In this document: positions 1 to 9,496 of the stretch, one piece after another
Position numbering within the stretch: the first letter of the stretch is position 1
How the letters are laid out: the number at the start of each line of letters is the position of its first letter
From: Arcobacteraceae bacterium
GTDB lineage: Bacteria > Campylobacterota > Campylobacteria > Campylobacterales > Arcobacteraceae
NCBI GenBank assembly: GCA_965224485.1
Contig: CBDCZH010000016.1
Span: 64,001 to 128,000, forward strand
Direction of reading: 5' to 3'
Length of the DNA stretch: 64,000 bases
Made by a program: the position numbers and the translations under genes
The notes under the pieces: generated by a model
Database searches by the model: none
What the model was told of the DNA's origin: nothing
What the model saw: only the letters and a program-made list of their open reading frames with translations

Positions 1-587
1 TCTTCATTAAGTAAATATAAAATAGTAGGTCTATTTTCTTTTGAGATTTTTTTTGTTTTTGAAATAATTTTTTTATAAGTATCATCATGCCACTTTAAAA
101 TTTTTGTAGCTTTTTCTTCTTGATTGAGAATAATACCAATATCACGTAACCAATCTTTTGCAATATCTAGTCTTGTGTACTTCATTCCAGCCACATTTAA
201 ACCAGCAGCTTCTAGAGCTTCTATGCTTTTTGTATGTCTAGCCCATTGTAAAACTAAATCAGGTTTTAGCTGTAAAATAGTTTCAATATTAACCGAATTT
301 TCTTTAGGAACCACAGAAGAAGATATATTATTTAAATAAGGAAAAAACTCATTTAAAACACCTTCTTTTATTGCTTTATAAGAATTTGGTGAAGTTCCTA
401 CTAAAACTTCTTTATCATTAGATAAAGTAACAACCATTGAACCAGCAGGAGAAGCAATTGTTACAATTTTTCTAGGTATATCTGTAAGCAAAACTTTTCG
501 TTGTGCTTGGTCTGTAAATGATATAGAATTAGCCATAATGATATTAGTAAGTCCTAACATTATTATAAGTAATAATTTAATATTCAT
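1..587 (-). CDS. Periplasmic substrate-binding protein, helical-backbone (Fe-siderophore/B12-type) class; truncated by window edge, not in ORF track
   Basis: Manual translation from ATG at 587 with AAAAGGAAAA RBS: MNIKLLLIIMLGLTNIIMANSISFTDQAQRKVLLTDIPRKIVTI...NIETILQLKPDLVLQW...EALEAAGLNV. Has a signal peptide and the FTD..R.V...P.KIV and NIE.IL.LKPDLV motifs; frame open to position 1. Confidence 0.85.
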   Translation of the reverse strand, partial: MNIKLLLIIMLGLTNIIMANSISFTDQAQRKVLLTDIPRKIVTIASPAGSMVVTLSNDKEVLVGTSPNSYKAIKEGVLNEFFPYLNNISSSVVPKENSVNIETILQLKPDLVLQWARHTKSIEALEAAGLNVAGMKYTRLDIAKDWLRDIGIILNQEEKATKILKWHDDTYKKIISKTKKISKENRPTILYLLNE

Positions 588-616
588 ATTTTTCCTTTTG
601 AATTTTAAAATAGAAG

Positions 617-653
617 TATATTAGAGTAAAAACCAAGGTCTTACTCTAATATA
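617..653 (-). terminator. Stem-loop downstream of TonB receptor 1 (terminator or mRNA-stabilising hairpin)
   Basis: TATATTAGAGTAA / TTACTCTAATATA perfect 13-bp inverted repeat; weak U-tract. Confidence 0.55.
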
Positions 654-675
654 AAGTTTAGTAAACAGATATTTA

Positions 676-2814
676 CTAAAAAGTATATTTCATACCAAAA
701 GAGTAATTAAATCCATCTCCAGGAAGAAAAGTTGGCTTTGAAACAGCAGATTTTGCTCTAATTACATGCGCTGCATTATAAGTTTTATCTGCTAAGTTTT
801 TGAAATTTGCAAAAAGATTCAACTTAGGCGTTGCTTGATAAGACAATTTTAAACCTAATAATGCAAATGAATCTTGTTTTAAATCATCATTATTTATATG
901 ATCTACATAATTATCATCTGGCTGTATTTTTATATTAGGTGAAATTAATAAATAATCACCTAAGTTATATGCTAGTTCTAAATAAATTGTTTGCTTTGGA
1001 ATACCCGCAATTTGATTACCTTTATATACACCACCATCAAACTTAAAATTATTATAGTTATATACTAAATTTGCAGAAATTTTATCACTAGAGTCAAAAA
1101 TACCTTTAGCTAAAAGCTGTTGTAAACCAAATTCTAAACCTTGATGAGTAGTATCATCTTTATAATTAAAAGTATTCCCATTAATTAAATCTTTATCTAC
1201 TTGACTCATAAGCTCATTTTTAATTTTTGAATAATAATATGAAGCTTGCCAAGATGAATCTTTCCACTTACCTTTTGTACCTATTTCATACGTAGTTCCT
1301 GTTTGCTCCGCTAGGTCAACTAAAAGTGCTCCAGATTTAAATGCTATTGCATTTTTTGGCATATATTTATCATACACTAATTGATCAAATGTTGGAGCTT
1401 CCATACTTTTACTTATATTTGCATATACATTACTATTATCTGATAGTTTATATATCAATCCAATTTTCGGATTTAAAGCAGAAAAAGTAAATCTTTTATC
1501 AAGCTTTCCCATCGCAGGTGAATTAGGAACAGATGCATCACCTGAAATATTTCGTGTATTTTTGATCCATTGTAAATCTGTTACAAGTTCTAATTTATTA
1601 TTTAGAGGTAAATTATATTGCACATTTATTGAAAAATTTTGTGCTTCCTCTTCAAGATCAGCAAATCTAAGGAATTTTGAACCATCTCTATCATCACTTT
1701 GCCAATACTCTGTTGGCATAGACCCTTTATTATAATTTAAAGAAATTTCATAACTATCATCATTGAAAAAGGGGTTTGTTACTTTATTATAAAAATTTAT
1801 ACCAAAATTATTACCCTCTGTTGTTCTATGTCTAAAAGGATTTGCAAATTCATCATCAAGTTTTTCAGCATAAACAGCAACTTGATATTCAGTATTATCA
1901 TTTAAATTAAAAGTCGTTTTATTTGATATACGGAATTGCTCAGAATCACGATGAGGCTTTCTTTTATATACATTCATTAATTTATCAAAGGGACCTGCTG
2001 CCGCATAACCATCTCCCATAACTGCAGTTGGATGATCTTTTGAAAGTTGTTTTTGTAAAGGCATTGGAATATGGAAATAGTTATTTGTATAATTAAGAAA
2101 TGTTCTATTTTCAATATTATCATTAATTTGATAACCTATATTAACTCCAATATTCTTACGTTCTCCATCACTAATTGGTCTATAACCATCAGACTCTGAA
2201 AAACCAGCTGAAATATAATAATCTAAATCATCATTAACTCCACCAAGTCCTATATTAATACTTCTTGTATTATGAGAGCCTGCTTGAATATTTATAAATG
2301 ATTCACTATTAAGTCCTGTTTTAGGTACAAAGTTAATAGCTCCCCCTAAAGAAGCAGAACCATATCTCATAGCATTTGAACCTCTAAATACAGAAACAGC
2401 ACTAAATTGCATAGGATCAATTAATCCAATTACAAAAGAACCATCTGCTTGATTAATACTTGTTCCATCATAAAGTAAATTAACTCCTTTATTTACAGGA
2501 TTAGATTGAATACCTGAACCTCTTATATTAAGTCTTGGCTGATCGTTAGCACCAAAAAACTCTTGCATCATAATTCCTGGTTCTGTACTTAGAATATCAT
2601 TTAAAGTAGCTTTTGAAGTTGAAATTGAATCCAGATTAACAAGATTAGTTCCACCTGGAATTTTTACTAACTCTTTTTGCATACTTTGAATAACTAGATT
2701 CTTTTCAACAATATCAACACTATTTAACTTTGTAGCATCACCTGCTTGAGCATTAGCCATAATTGCGAATGAAGTTAAAACTGACATAGTTATTTTTTTT
2801 CTTTTTGTAAACAC
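676..2814 (-). CDS. TonB-dependent outer membrane receptor (paralogue 1)
   Basis: 712 aa, signal peptide, plug motifs RLNIRGSG and VFRGSNAMRYGSASLGGAINF, C-terminal beta-strand ending in F; GTG start with AGGAG RBS. Confidence 0.95.
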   Translation of the reverse strand: MFTKRKKITMSVLTSFAIMANAQAGDATKLNSVDIVEKNLVIQSMQKELVKIPGGTNLVNLDSISTSKATLNDILSTEPGIMMQEFFGANDQPRLNIRGSGIQSNPVNKGVNLLYDGTSINQADGSFVIGLIDPMQFSAVSVFRGSNAMRYGSASLGGAINFVPKTGLNSESFINIQAGSHNTRSINIGLGGVNDDLDYYISAGFSESDGYRPISDGERKNIGVNIGYQINDNIENRTFLNYTNNYFHIPMPLQKQLSKDHPTAVMGDGYAAAGPFDKLMNVYKRKPHRDSEQFRISNKTTFNLNDNTEYQVAVYAEKLDDEFANPFRHRTTEGNNFGINFYNKVTNPFFNDDSYEISLNYNKGSMPTEYWQSDDRDGSKFLRFADLEEEAQNFSINVQYNLPLNNKLELVTDLQWIKNTRNISGDASVPNSPAMGKLDKRFTFSALNPKIGLIYKLSDNSNVYANISKSMEAPTFDQLVYDKYMPKNAIAFKSGALLVDLAEQTGTTYEIGTKGKWKDSSWQASYYYSKIKNELMSQVDKDLINGNTFNYKDDTTHQGLEFGLQQLLAKGIFDSSDKISANLVYNYNNFKFDGGVYKGNQIAGIPKQTIYLELAYNLGDYLLISPNIKIQPDDNYVDHINNDDLKQDSFALLGLKLSYQATPKLNLFANFKNLADKTYNAAHVIRAKSAVSKPTFLPGDGFNYSFGMKYTF

Positions 2815-2859
2815 ATTTTCTCCTAGTTTTTAATTTATTTTTTCTGCTTATTTTTAACA

Positions 2860-2931
2860 TTAGAAAGAAATCCGTTATCAGGAATGTTCTACCAATATTT
2901 TTCTCTTTATAAAAATTTAAAATCATTCTAA
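2860..2931 (-). pseudogene. Decayed copy of the 3' end of the 5291-6241 binding-protein gene
   Basis: Minus strand ATTGGTAGAACATTCCTGATAACGGATTTCTTTCTAA aligns with ATTGGTGGAAAAATTCCAGATGATGGATTTTATTTCTAA (IGGKIPDDGFYF*) with indels, at the equivalent position upstream of the receptor start. Confidence 0.7.
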
Positions 2932-2970
2932 ATAAGAAACTATTTTTGAAAGAGTGGAGGGCATATAGTA

Positions 2971-3001
2971 TTAGAGTAAAAGTTTAAAACTTTTACTCTA
3001 A
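2971..3001 (-). terminator. Stem-loop downstream of TonB receptor 2, homologous to the 617-653 hairpin
   Basis: TTAGAGTAAAAGTTT / AAACTTTTACTCTAA inverted repeat. Confidence 0.55.
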
Positions 3002-3013
3002 ATTTTATTTAAA

Positions 3014-5242
3014 TTACCAAGTATATTTAAGACCAAAAGTATAGTTAAATCCATCTCCGGGAAGGAAAGTTGGACTATTTGGACCTGATTTACCTCTTAC
3101 TACATAAGTTGATTCATATACTTCATCTGTAAGATTATTTAGATTAGTATAAATAGTTAAATTAGCTTGTGGTTTGTATGACAATTTTAAGCCATATAAA
3201 GTAAAAGAATCTTGTTTAACTGAGTTAGAGTGATCTGCATAATTGTTATCTGGTTGAATCTTAACATTTGGTGCAATATAAAAAGAATTACCTAAGCTAT
3301 AAGCAAGTTCTAAATAAATAGTTTGCTTAGGAACTCCTGCAATTTGATTTCCTGAATATTCTCCACCATCAAAAGTAAAATTATTATAGTTATAAACAAT
3401 ATTTGATGAAAGTACATCAGATGAGTCAAAAATACCCTTAGTTAGAATTTGATTTAATCCAAATTCAAGTCCTTGATGTGTTGTTTTATCAGTATAGTTA
3501 AATGTTGAACCATTTACAGCAGCAGCATCTACTTGAGTAATAAGCTCATCACTTACTTTTGAGTAATAATAAGAAGCTTGCCAAGACGTGTCTTTCCAAG
3601 ATCCTTTTGTTCCTACTTCAAAAGTAGTAGCTACTTGTTCTTTAAGATTAACAGTATTTGCACCTGAGGCAAATGCTGCATTTGTAAAAGGAGCTGTTGG
3701 AGTTGCATTAATTAAAGGTATGATTTTTCTATTAACTAATTGATTAAAAGTTGGAGCTTCCATACTTCTACTAATATTTGCATAAACATTACTTGTATCA
3801 GATGTTTTAATAATTAAACCAAGTTTAGGATTTAAAGCATCATAAGTATAATTATTGTCAATATTCGCTACAACAGTATCAAATGTCCCAGGAACAGGAG
3901 GAGTAGATGCAGTTCCTGAAATTTCTCTTGTATTTCTCATATATTGTAAATCAGCAACTAATTCAACACTTTTACTAACTGGAAAGTTATATTGAATATT
4001 TAAAGCAAGATTATCAGCATCTTGGTCTAAATCTGCAAATTTAAATAATTTAGAACCATTGTCTGGATTATTAACCCAATATTCAATTGGCATAGAACCT
4101 TTATTATAATTTAATGATACTTCATATAAATCTTCAGCAAAGAAAGAAGAGTCTCCTTTTGCTACAAGATTAATACCAGCATTTTTTGATTTAACTATAG
4201 CATGACTTAAAGGATCAGTAAATGTATCATCTAATTTTTCAGCATATAGCGAAACTTGATACTCTACATTATCACTAGTATTGAAGGTAGTTTTATTTGC
4301 AATACGTAATTGTTTTGTATCTCTATGTGGTTTTCTTTTATACATATTAAAGATACCATCCCAGCCACCTTTAGCAATAAACATTGCATTTAATGGGGAA
4401 GCTGTTGGGAAAGGAGATTTATAACTACTTGAATAACCATCACCCATAATTGATGAAGGATGTTTAGCAGCTATATCTTTATGTAAAACAAAAGGAATAT
4501 TAAAGAAGTTATCTGAATAATTAAAAAGTGTTCTATTTTCTATATTATCGTTAACTTGATAGCCAAGATTAATAGCTAAATCTTTTCTCTTAGAATCACT
4601 CATAGCTCTAAAACCATCAGATTTAGAATACCCAGCAGAGATGTAATAATCTAAATCACCATTAACCCCACCAAGTCCTAAATTAATGTTTTTAGTACTA
4701 TGTGAACCTGCTTGAATTTCTATGAAAGAATCACTATTGAGTCCAGTCTTAGAAGTAAAATTAAGAGCTCCACCTAAAGAAGCAGAACCATATTTCATTG
4801 CATTTGCACCACGAAAAACAGATACTGCACTATGTTGAGAAGGATTTAATAAACCAATTACAAAAGAACCATCAGCTTGATTAATACTTGATCCATCATA
4901 AAGTAAGTTAACCCCATTATTTACAGGATTAGATTGAATACCAGAACCTCTTACATTTAGTCTTGGTTGATCATTTCCACCAAAGAATTCTTGTATCATA
5001 ATACCTGGTTCATTTTTTAAAATCTCTCCAAGTGTTGCTTTAGATGTAGTTACAGCATCTAAATCTATAAGATTAGTTCCCCCTGGAATTTTTACTAGCT
5101 CTTTTTGTATACTTTGGGTAACTTGATTCTTTTCAACAATATCAACATTATTTAACTTAACAATATCATTTGCTTGAGCATTAGCCATAATTGCGAATGA
5201 AGCTAAAATTGACATAGTTATTTTTTTTCTTTTTGTAAACAC
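3014..5242 (-). CDS. TonB-dependent outer membrane receptor (paralogue 2)
   Basis: 742 aa, same plug motifs (EFFGGNDQPRLNVRGSG, GSASLGGALNF), C-terminal W; N-terminus nearly identical to paralogue 1. Confidence 0.95.
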   Translation of the reverse strand: MFTKRKKITMSILASFAIMANAQANDIVKLNNVDIVEKNQVTQSIQKELVKIPGGTNLIDLDAVTTSKATLGEILKNEPGIMIQEFFGGNDQPRLNVRGSGIQSNPVNNGVNLLYDGSSINQADGSFVIGLLNPSQHSAVSVFRGANAMKYGSASLGGALNFTSKTGLNSDSFIEIQAGSHSTKNINLGLGGVNGDLDYYISAGYSKSDGFRAMSDSKRKDLAINLGYQVNDNIENRTLFNYSDNFFNIPFVLHKDIAAKHPSSIMGDGYSSSYKSPFPTASPLNAMFIAKGGWDGIFNMYKRKPHRDTKQLRIANKTTFNTSDNVEYQVSLYAEKLDDTFTDPLSHAIVKSKNAGINLVAKGDSSFFAEDLYEVSLNYNKGSMPIEYWVNNPDNGSKLFKFADLDQDADNLALNIQYNFPVSKSVELVADLQYMRNTREISGTASTPPVPGTFDTVVANIDNNYTYDALNPKLGLIIKTSDTSNVYANISRSMEAPTFNQLVNRKIIPLINATPTAPFTNAAFASGANTVNLKEQVATTFEVGTKGSWKDTSWQASYYYSKVSDELITQVDAAAVNGSTFNYTDKTTHQGLEFGLNQILTKGIFDSSDVLSSNIVYNYNNFTFDGGEYSGNQIAGVPKQTIYLELAYSLGNSFYIAPNVKIQPDNNYADHSNSVKQDSFTLYGLKLSYKPQANLTIYTNLNNLTDEVYESTYVVRGKSGPNSPTFLPGDGFNYTFGLKYTW

Positions 5243-5290
5243 ATTTTCTCCTAGTTTTTAATTTTGTTTTTTTTCTACTTGTTTTTTATA

Positions 5291-6241
5291 TTAGAAATAA
5301 AATCCATCATCTGGAATTTTTCCACCAATTGTTTTCTTATTGTTTCTTTCTAAAAGTTTAAAAAATGACTCTAACTTTTCTTTTGCATCTTTAATTGCTA
5401 CATTTTTAAATCGAACATGAGCAATTGAGTCAGATACAGCTTTTGCATTTAACATTGGCAAGTTTTTTGAAACTAAAAGACCTGCAACTTTAGGATTATT
5501 TTTATACCAAGCTATTGATTTTGTATACTCTTCTAAAAATCTTTTAATCAGTTTTTTATTACTTTTAACAGGACCCAAAACAACAATTCCAGCTTGAGGA
5601 ATCATAGCTTCAGTATTAAAAACTCTTGCCCACTCATCTTGTAAATCAATACTTCTATATAAAGTCTTATCTTTAATTAAAGCCATTGAAGAAATTGGTT
5701 CAAGCATTAAAGCAATATCATTTCTTTTTTTAACAAGTAAAGACATTGCATCTATAAGATTGCTTGTATATTGGATTTTTATGTCTTTTTTAACATCTAA
5801 ACCTTCTTTATTTAATAACTCTCTAAATGCAATATCAGGTAAATCATTTCTAAAAGGTACTAAAATACTTTTACCTTTTAAATCTTTTATTTCTTTAATA
5901 TTTTTATCTCTAGAGATAATACTCATCAAACCCCAAATTGAGACATTTAACAGTTGTATATCTTCACCTTTATTATAAAAGTTTGCAGCAACATTTGTGG
6001 GAACTGCAATAAAATCAACACTTTTATTAATCATCATTGCTTTTAATTGCGAAGGAGTTCTCCAAAGTTTAAACTCAATCTCATTTGCAACATCTTTTAA
6101 AGCATTTGATTTTATTAAATGAAAGAAGGGATGCGAAATAGAAGCAGCTGGTCCAGCGATAACTAACTTTGCTACTTTTTTATCTGCGTTTAAGTTTATT
6201 GCACATAAAAAAACAGATAAAACGATAAGTTTTTTAAACAT
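5291..6241 (-). CDS. ABC-type substrate-binding protein, SsuA/NMT1/TauA-like fold
   Basis: Start reassigned to MFKKLIV at 6241 (AAAAGGAAAA RBS, signal peptide); motifs VDFIAVPTNVAANFYNKG, IKDLKGKSI, IPQAGIVV. Confidence 0.8.
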   Translation of the reverse strand: MFKKLIVLSVFLCAINLNADKKVAKLVIAGPAASISHPFFHLIKSNALKDVANEIEFKLWRTPSQLKAMMINKSVDFIAVPTNVAANFYNKGEDIQLLNVSIWGLMSIISRDKNIKEIKDLKGKSILVPFRNDLPDIAFRELLNKEGLDVKKDIKIQYTSNLIDAMSLLVKKRNDIALMLEPISSMALIKDKTLYRSIDLQDEWARVFNTEAMIPQAGIVVLGPVKSNKKLIKRFLEEYTKSIAWYKNNPKVAGLLVSKNLPMLNAKAVSDSIAHVRFKNVAIKDAKEKLESFFKLLERNNKKTIGGKIPDDGFYF

Positions 6242-6268
6242 AATTTTCCTTTTGTAGAATAATAGCGT

Positions 6269-6299
6269 AATGATATTAAAATTGATAATTAATATCATT
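6269..6299. promoter_or_regulatory. Fur-family metalloregulator operator
   Basis: TGATAAT-T-AATATCA at 6283-6297 is one mismatch from the 7-1-7 Fur box; it overlaps a perfect AATGATATTAA-N9-TTAATATCATT inverted repeat; TTGACT -35-like hexamer at 6306-6311 on the minus strand. Confidence 0.7.
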
Positions 6300-6437
6300 G
6301 ATTAAAGTCAAGGAATGCTTATTTTTTTATAATTAATTTAAATAATTAGTATTTTTAGGGATTGTCTAGTGTAGTTTAAAGTTATTAAAATAATTAATAG
6401 CTAGTTAAATTTTCATTTAATAGCTATTAATTAATAT

Positions 6438-8177
6438 TTATGAGAAAAAGCCTACTTTATTCTCTTGATCAAATTGACCTTTTTTCTCTTTTGTAATTTG
6501 CTCTAAAAAAGAATCATTTGTAAAAATAGGTTTATCTTCAACCGCAACTTTATATGCAGTATTTTTAATAACAAGCTCAATTTGTCCACCTGTTAATTCT
6601 ATTTTTGCTAATTCTTTTAAGTTTACATTTTTATGCAAAGGAAGAGTAACAGGAAGAAGTTTTTCCCATAAAGCTAGTCTTTGTTTAAAGTCAGGTTTTA
6701 CAAATTCAATTTTATAATTAAATCTTCTTGAAAAAGCCTTGTCAAGATTTTCTAAAAGATTTGTAGTTGCTATTAAAATTCCATCAAACCTTTCAATTTG
6801 TTCTAAAAAGATATTTTGCATTTGATTATGCATTTTATCACTTCCACTTCCAATACCTTGCACTCTTGAACTTAAAAATTGGTCAGCTTCATTTAAAAGT
6901 AAGATTGGTTCAGATTTTGTTTTTACTCTTAGCTCAGAATATTTATCAAAAATTTCTCTTACATTTTTTTCACTCTCACCTACATACATAGATAAGATCT
7001 TACTACAGTCAAAAGATAAAACTTGTCTCTTCAATGATTTAGCAAGTGCTAGGGCAGTTACTGTTTTTCCAGTTCCAGCAAGACCATAAAAGATAATTTT
7101 AGCTTCTATTCCTTTTTTCTTATCTTTAATTCCCCACTCTTTTAATCTATTTAAAACTGTTTTATCTACTTGTTTTAATAAAGCGTTTAAAGTCTCTTTT
7201 GTTTTAGGATTTAAAACAACATCTTCTAATGTTTTATCACTTGAAATTAATTCAAACATTTCTTGCTCTTTAATTAATGAATCAAGTTTTATTTTTGCTC
7301 GTCTTACTTTTTTCTTAACAGGATGAGAAATCTTATATAATATTTCATCAGGAATATAAAAATTTCTACTTATTCCTCCAAAAGGTGTAAGCATTTCATC
7401 ATAATCAATAATAGAATTACTTACAAGTTTTGAGCTCTCTTCCAAAAGAGATCTATGTTTAATTTTTTCATAATCATCACTTGAAATAAGATTAAGTAAA
7501 GAGTTCATATCTCTTTGACTCTCGTCACCTCCTGCATACTCTTCTTTTAAAAGTGCTAAAAAGATAAGTTGTTCTTTTTTATCTAAATCATTATCTTTAA
7601 AAAAACCTTCTATCATAATGTCAGTTTTAGTAGCTTTTATTCTCTCTAAAATTCTATTTTCTAACATCAAAAGTTTTGTATTTACTCTATTGATATTTGG
7701 TGAGTTTTCATCAAAATCTGCTTTTATTACATTTAATTTTTGAACTAATTCAACTTTTAGAAACTGGTCTTGTAAATACTCTAAGTGATCACTGTATTCT
7801 TTAATTTCAGGCAAAATAAAATCACTTGCACCCTCTTCAACTAGTTTTAAAAATGAGCTTGAAAGTGTAACACTAGAGTTAAGAAGTTCTAGTTTTGATA
7901 TTTCACTTAATTTTACATTAGTATAAATACTACTTTGAACAATCCAACCTTGTTCTAATAAGGATTTTATAAGAGATATTTGCTCTAAGTGCTCAAAAGT
8001 TTTTAGGTCATAAAATTGAGCTAAGATGTCAATTACTAATAAAGAATCTCTACCTATTAGATACTCTTTTGTAATATGTTGTAATATTTTTGCTTCATTA
8101 TTTGAACATTTTAATTGTATAAAAAGTTCAGTTTTACTAAGGTTTTTACTGTTAATAAATTTAATTATTTCTTTCAT
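6438..8177 (-). CDS. AAA+ family ATPase
   Basis: Walker A GLAGTGKT, SMYVGESEKN, Walker B variant LLLNEAD, ATTNLLENLDKAFSRRF, C-terminal KVGF. Confidence 0.9.
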   Translation of the reverse strand: MKEIIKFINSKNLSKTELFIQLKCSNNEAKILQHITKEYLIGRDSLLVIDILAQFYDLKTFEHLEQISLIKSLLEQGWIVQSSIYTNVKLSEISKLELLNSSVTLSSSFLKLVEEGASDFILPEIKEYSDHLEYLQDQFLKVELVQKLNVIKADFDENSPNINRVNTKLLMLENRILERIKATKTDIMIEGFFKDNDLDKKEQLIFLALLKEEYAGGDESQRDMNSLLNLISSDDYEKIKHRSLLEESSKLVSNSIIDYDEMLTPFGGISRNFYIPDEILYKISHPVKKKVRRAKIKLDSLIKEQEMFELISSDKTLEDVVLNPKTKETLNALLKQVDKTVLNRLKEWGIKDKKKGIEAKIIFYGLAGTGKTVTALALAKSLKRQVLSFDCSKILSMYVGESEKNVREIFDKYSELRVKTKSEPILLLNEADQFLSSRVQGIGSGSDKMHNQMQNIFLEQIERFDGILIATTNLLENLDKAFSRRFNYKIEFVKPDFKQRLALWEKLLPVTLPLHKNVNLKELAKIELTGGQIELVIKNTAYKVAVEDKPIFTNDSFLEQITKEKKGQFDQENKVGFFS

Positions 8178-8533
8178 TTATCTATTTTTTCCTTCAAAAT
8201 GTTTAAAAACTGAATATTGTCTTTTTCATTTTTAAACTCAAGTTTCATTTGTTTGTTTTTACTTATTATATCTATACTGTTATTATTAGTACTTAACTTA
8301 AGAATATTCTTAAGATAAATCACTTCATTACTAGAAAAATCAATATTAAACTGATTGTTAATGCTTAGAACTTTATTTTGACAAACTGCCTTGTATTTAC
8401 TCTTATAATAAATAATATTTTTACATTTATTTTTTGAAAAGTACTCATTTATTTCTGTAGTATTACCTAAATCAATAAAATACAACCATGCAATTGCAAT
8501 AAAAAAAGGTGTAAAAAAAACCAAAATAATCAT
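8174..8533 (-). CDS. Hypothetical membrane-anchored protein
   Basis: 119 aa with N-terminal hydrophobic helix; overlaps the AAA ATPase start by 4 nt. Confidence 0.7.
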   Translation of the reverse strand: MIILVFFTPFFIAIAWLYFIDLGNTTEINEYFSKNKCKNIIYYKSKYKAVCQNKVLSINNQFNIDFSSNEVIYLKNILKLSTNNNSIDIISKNKQMKLEFKNEKDNIQFLNILKEKIDK

Positions 8534-8712
8534 CTGTTTACCTCTATAATAGCTATGTTTCTCTGCATTATAGTACAGAAATTTATCTTAAATAACTAAG
8601 TTAGTAAAAAATTAATCTAAGATATAAAATATTTAAATAAAAAATTTAAGATAATTTTTATTATTATTATTTTATAATAAACTTATACATTATTTATATA
8701 CTAAGGATATTT

Positions 8713-9412
8713 ATGAAACTTCTTCTAATACTAAACGTACTCTTCTTTTCACTATTAAATGCACAAAGTGAAATAAGTTTATGTAAAGAGTTTATAAACA
8801 AAAGCTCATTAATACAATGTTATAAAGAAGCAGCAAATAAAGGAAACCAAAAAGCTCAATTCTCACTTGCACAAGCTTATGCCTTAGGTTTAAATAATAA
8901 AGTAGAAGAAAAAAAAGCTTTTTATTGGTACGTACAAGCTAGTTATTTGAACAATAATAAAGCCATGTATTTAGTAGCTGCCATGTATGAAACAGGTTTT
9001 GGAGTTAATAAAAATATTAAAGAAGCTATTTCTTGGTATAAAAAAAGCAGCAAATCTTAATAATATTGACGCTCAGTACAAACTAAGTACATTATATTCT
9101 TTAGGAAAAAAAGTAAGTCAAGATATAAAAGAAGGCTTGTTTTGGTATGAAAAAGCTCTTAAAAACAATGATGTTATAACAATCTCTACTCTTGGAAACT
9201 TTTATTTTAATGGCACTTTTGTGAAACAAGATTTTAAAAAAGCATATGAATTTTATTTACAAGCTGCAAGATTAGATCATAGCTCTTCTCAAATGATACT
9301 TTCATCTATGTATAAATATGGTTTTGGAATTAAAAAAGATTTAGAAAAAGCACTTTATTGGCAAGAAAAAGCCTCAATGAGTTCTATTTTAGACATAAAG
9401 AAGAACTCATAA
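8713..9412 (+). pseudogene. Secreted Sel1-repeat protein split by a +1 frameshift in an A7 run (or a sequencing error)
   Basis: ORFs 8713-9060 and 8987-9412 both carry Sel1 repeats; TGG TAT A7 GCA GCA at 9034-9052; removing one A restores WYKKAANLNNIDAQYKL and a 232-aa protein. Confidence 0.8.
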
Positions 9413-9496
9413 GCTTTAAATATAAACTAATCTTTGACTTTATATTTCTCTTTTTAATTTATTAGGACTAAAGAGTTAAAGAAATAAGTATATTCC

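Noticed and set aside
124..339. Short ORFs overlapping real genes (124-339, 5760-5978, 6767-6991, 10164-10376, 18302-18583, 31583-31879, 52162-52491, 60962-61282 and similar)
   Set aside because: Opposite-strand shadows of well-supported genes, with no recognisable motifs
6392..6433. AATAGCTAGTTA hairpin resembling the one at 54242-54278, as a REP family
   Set aside because: Only two short AT-rich instances, both right after stop codons; terminators explain them
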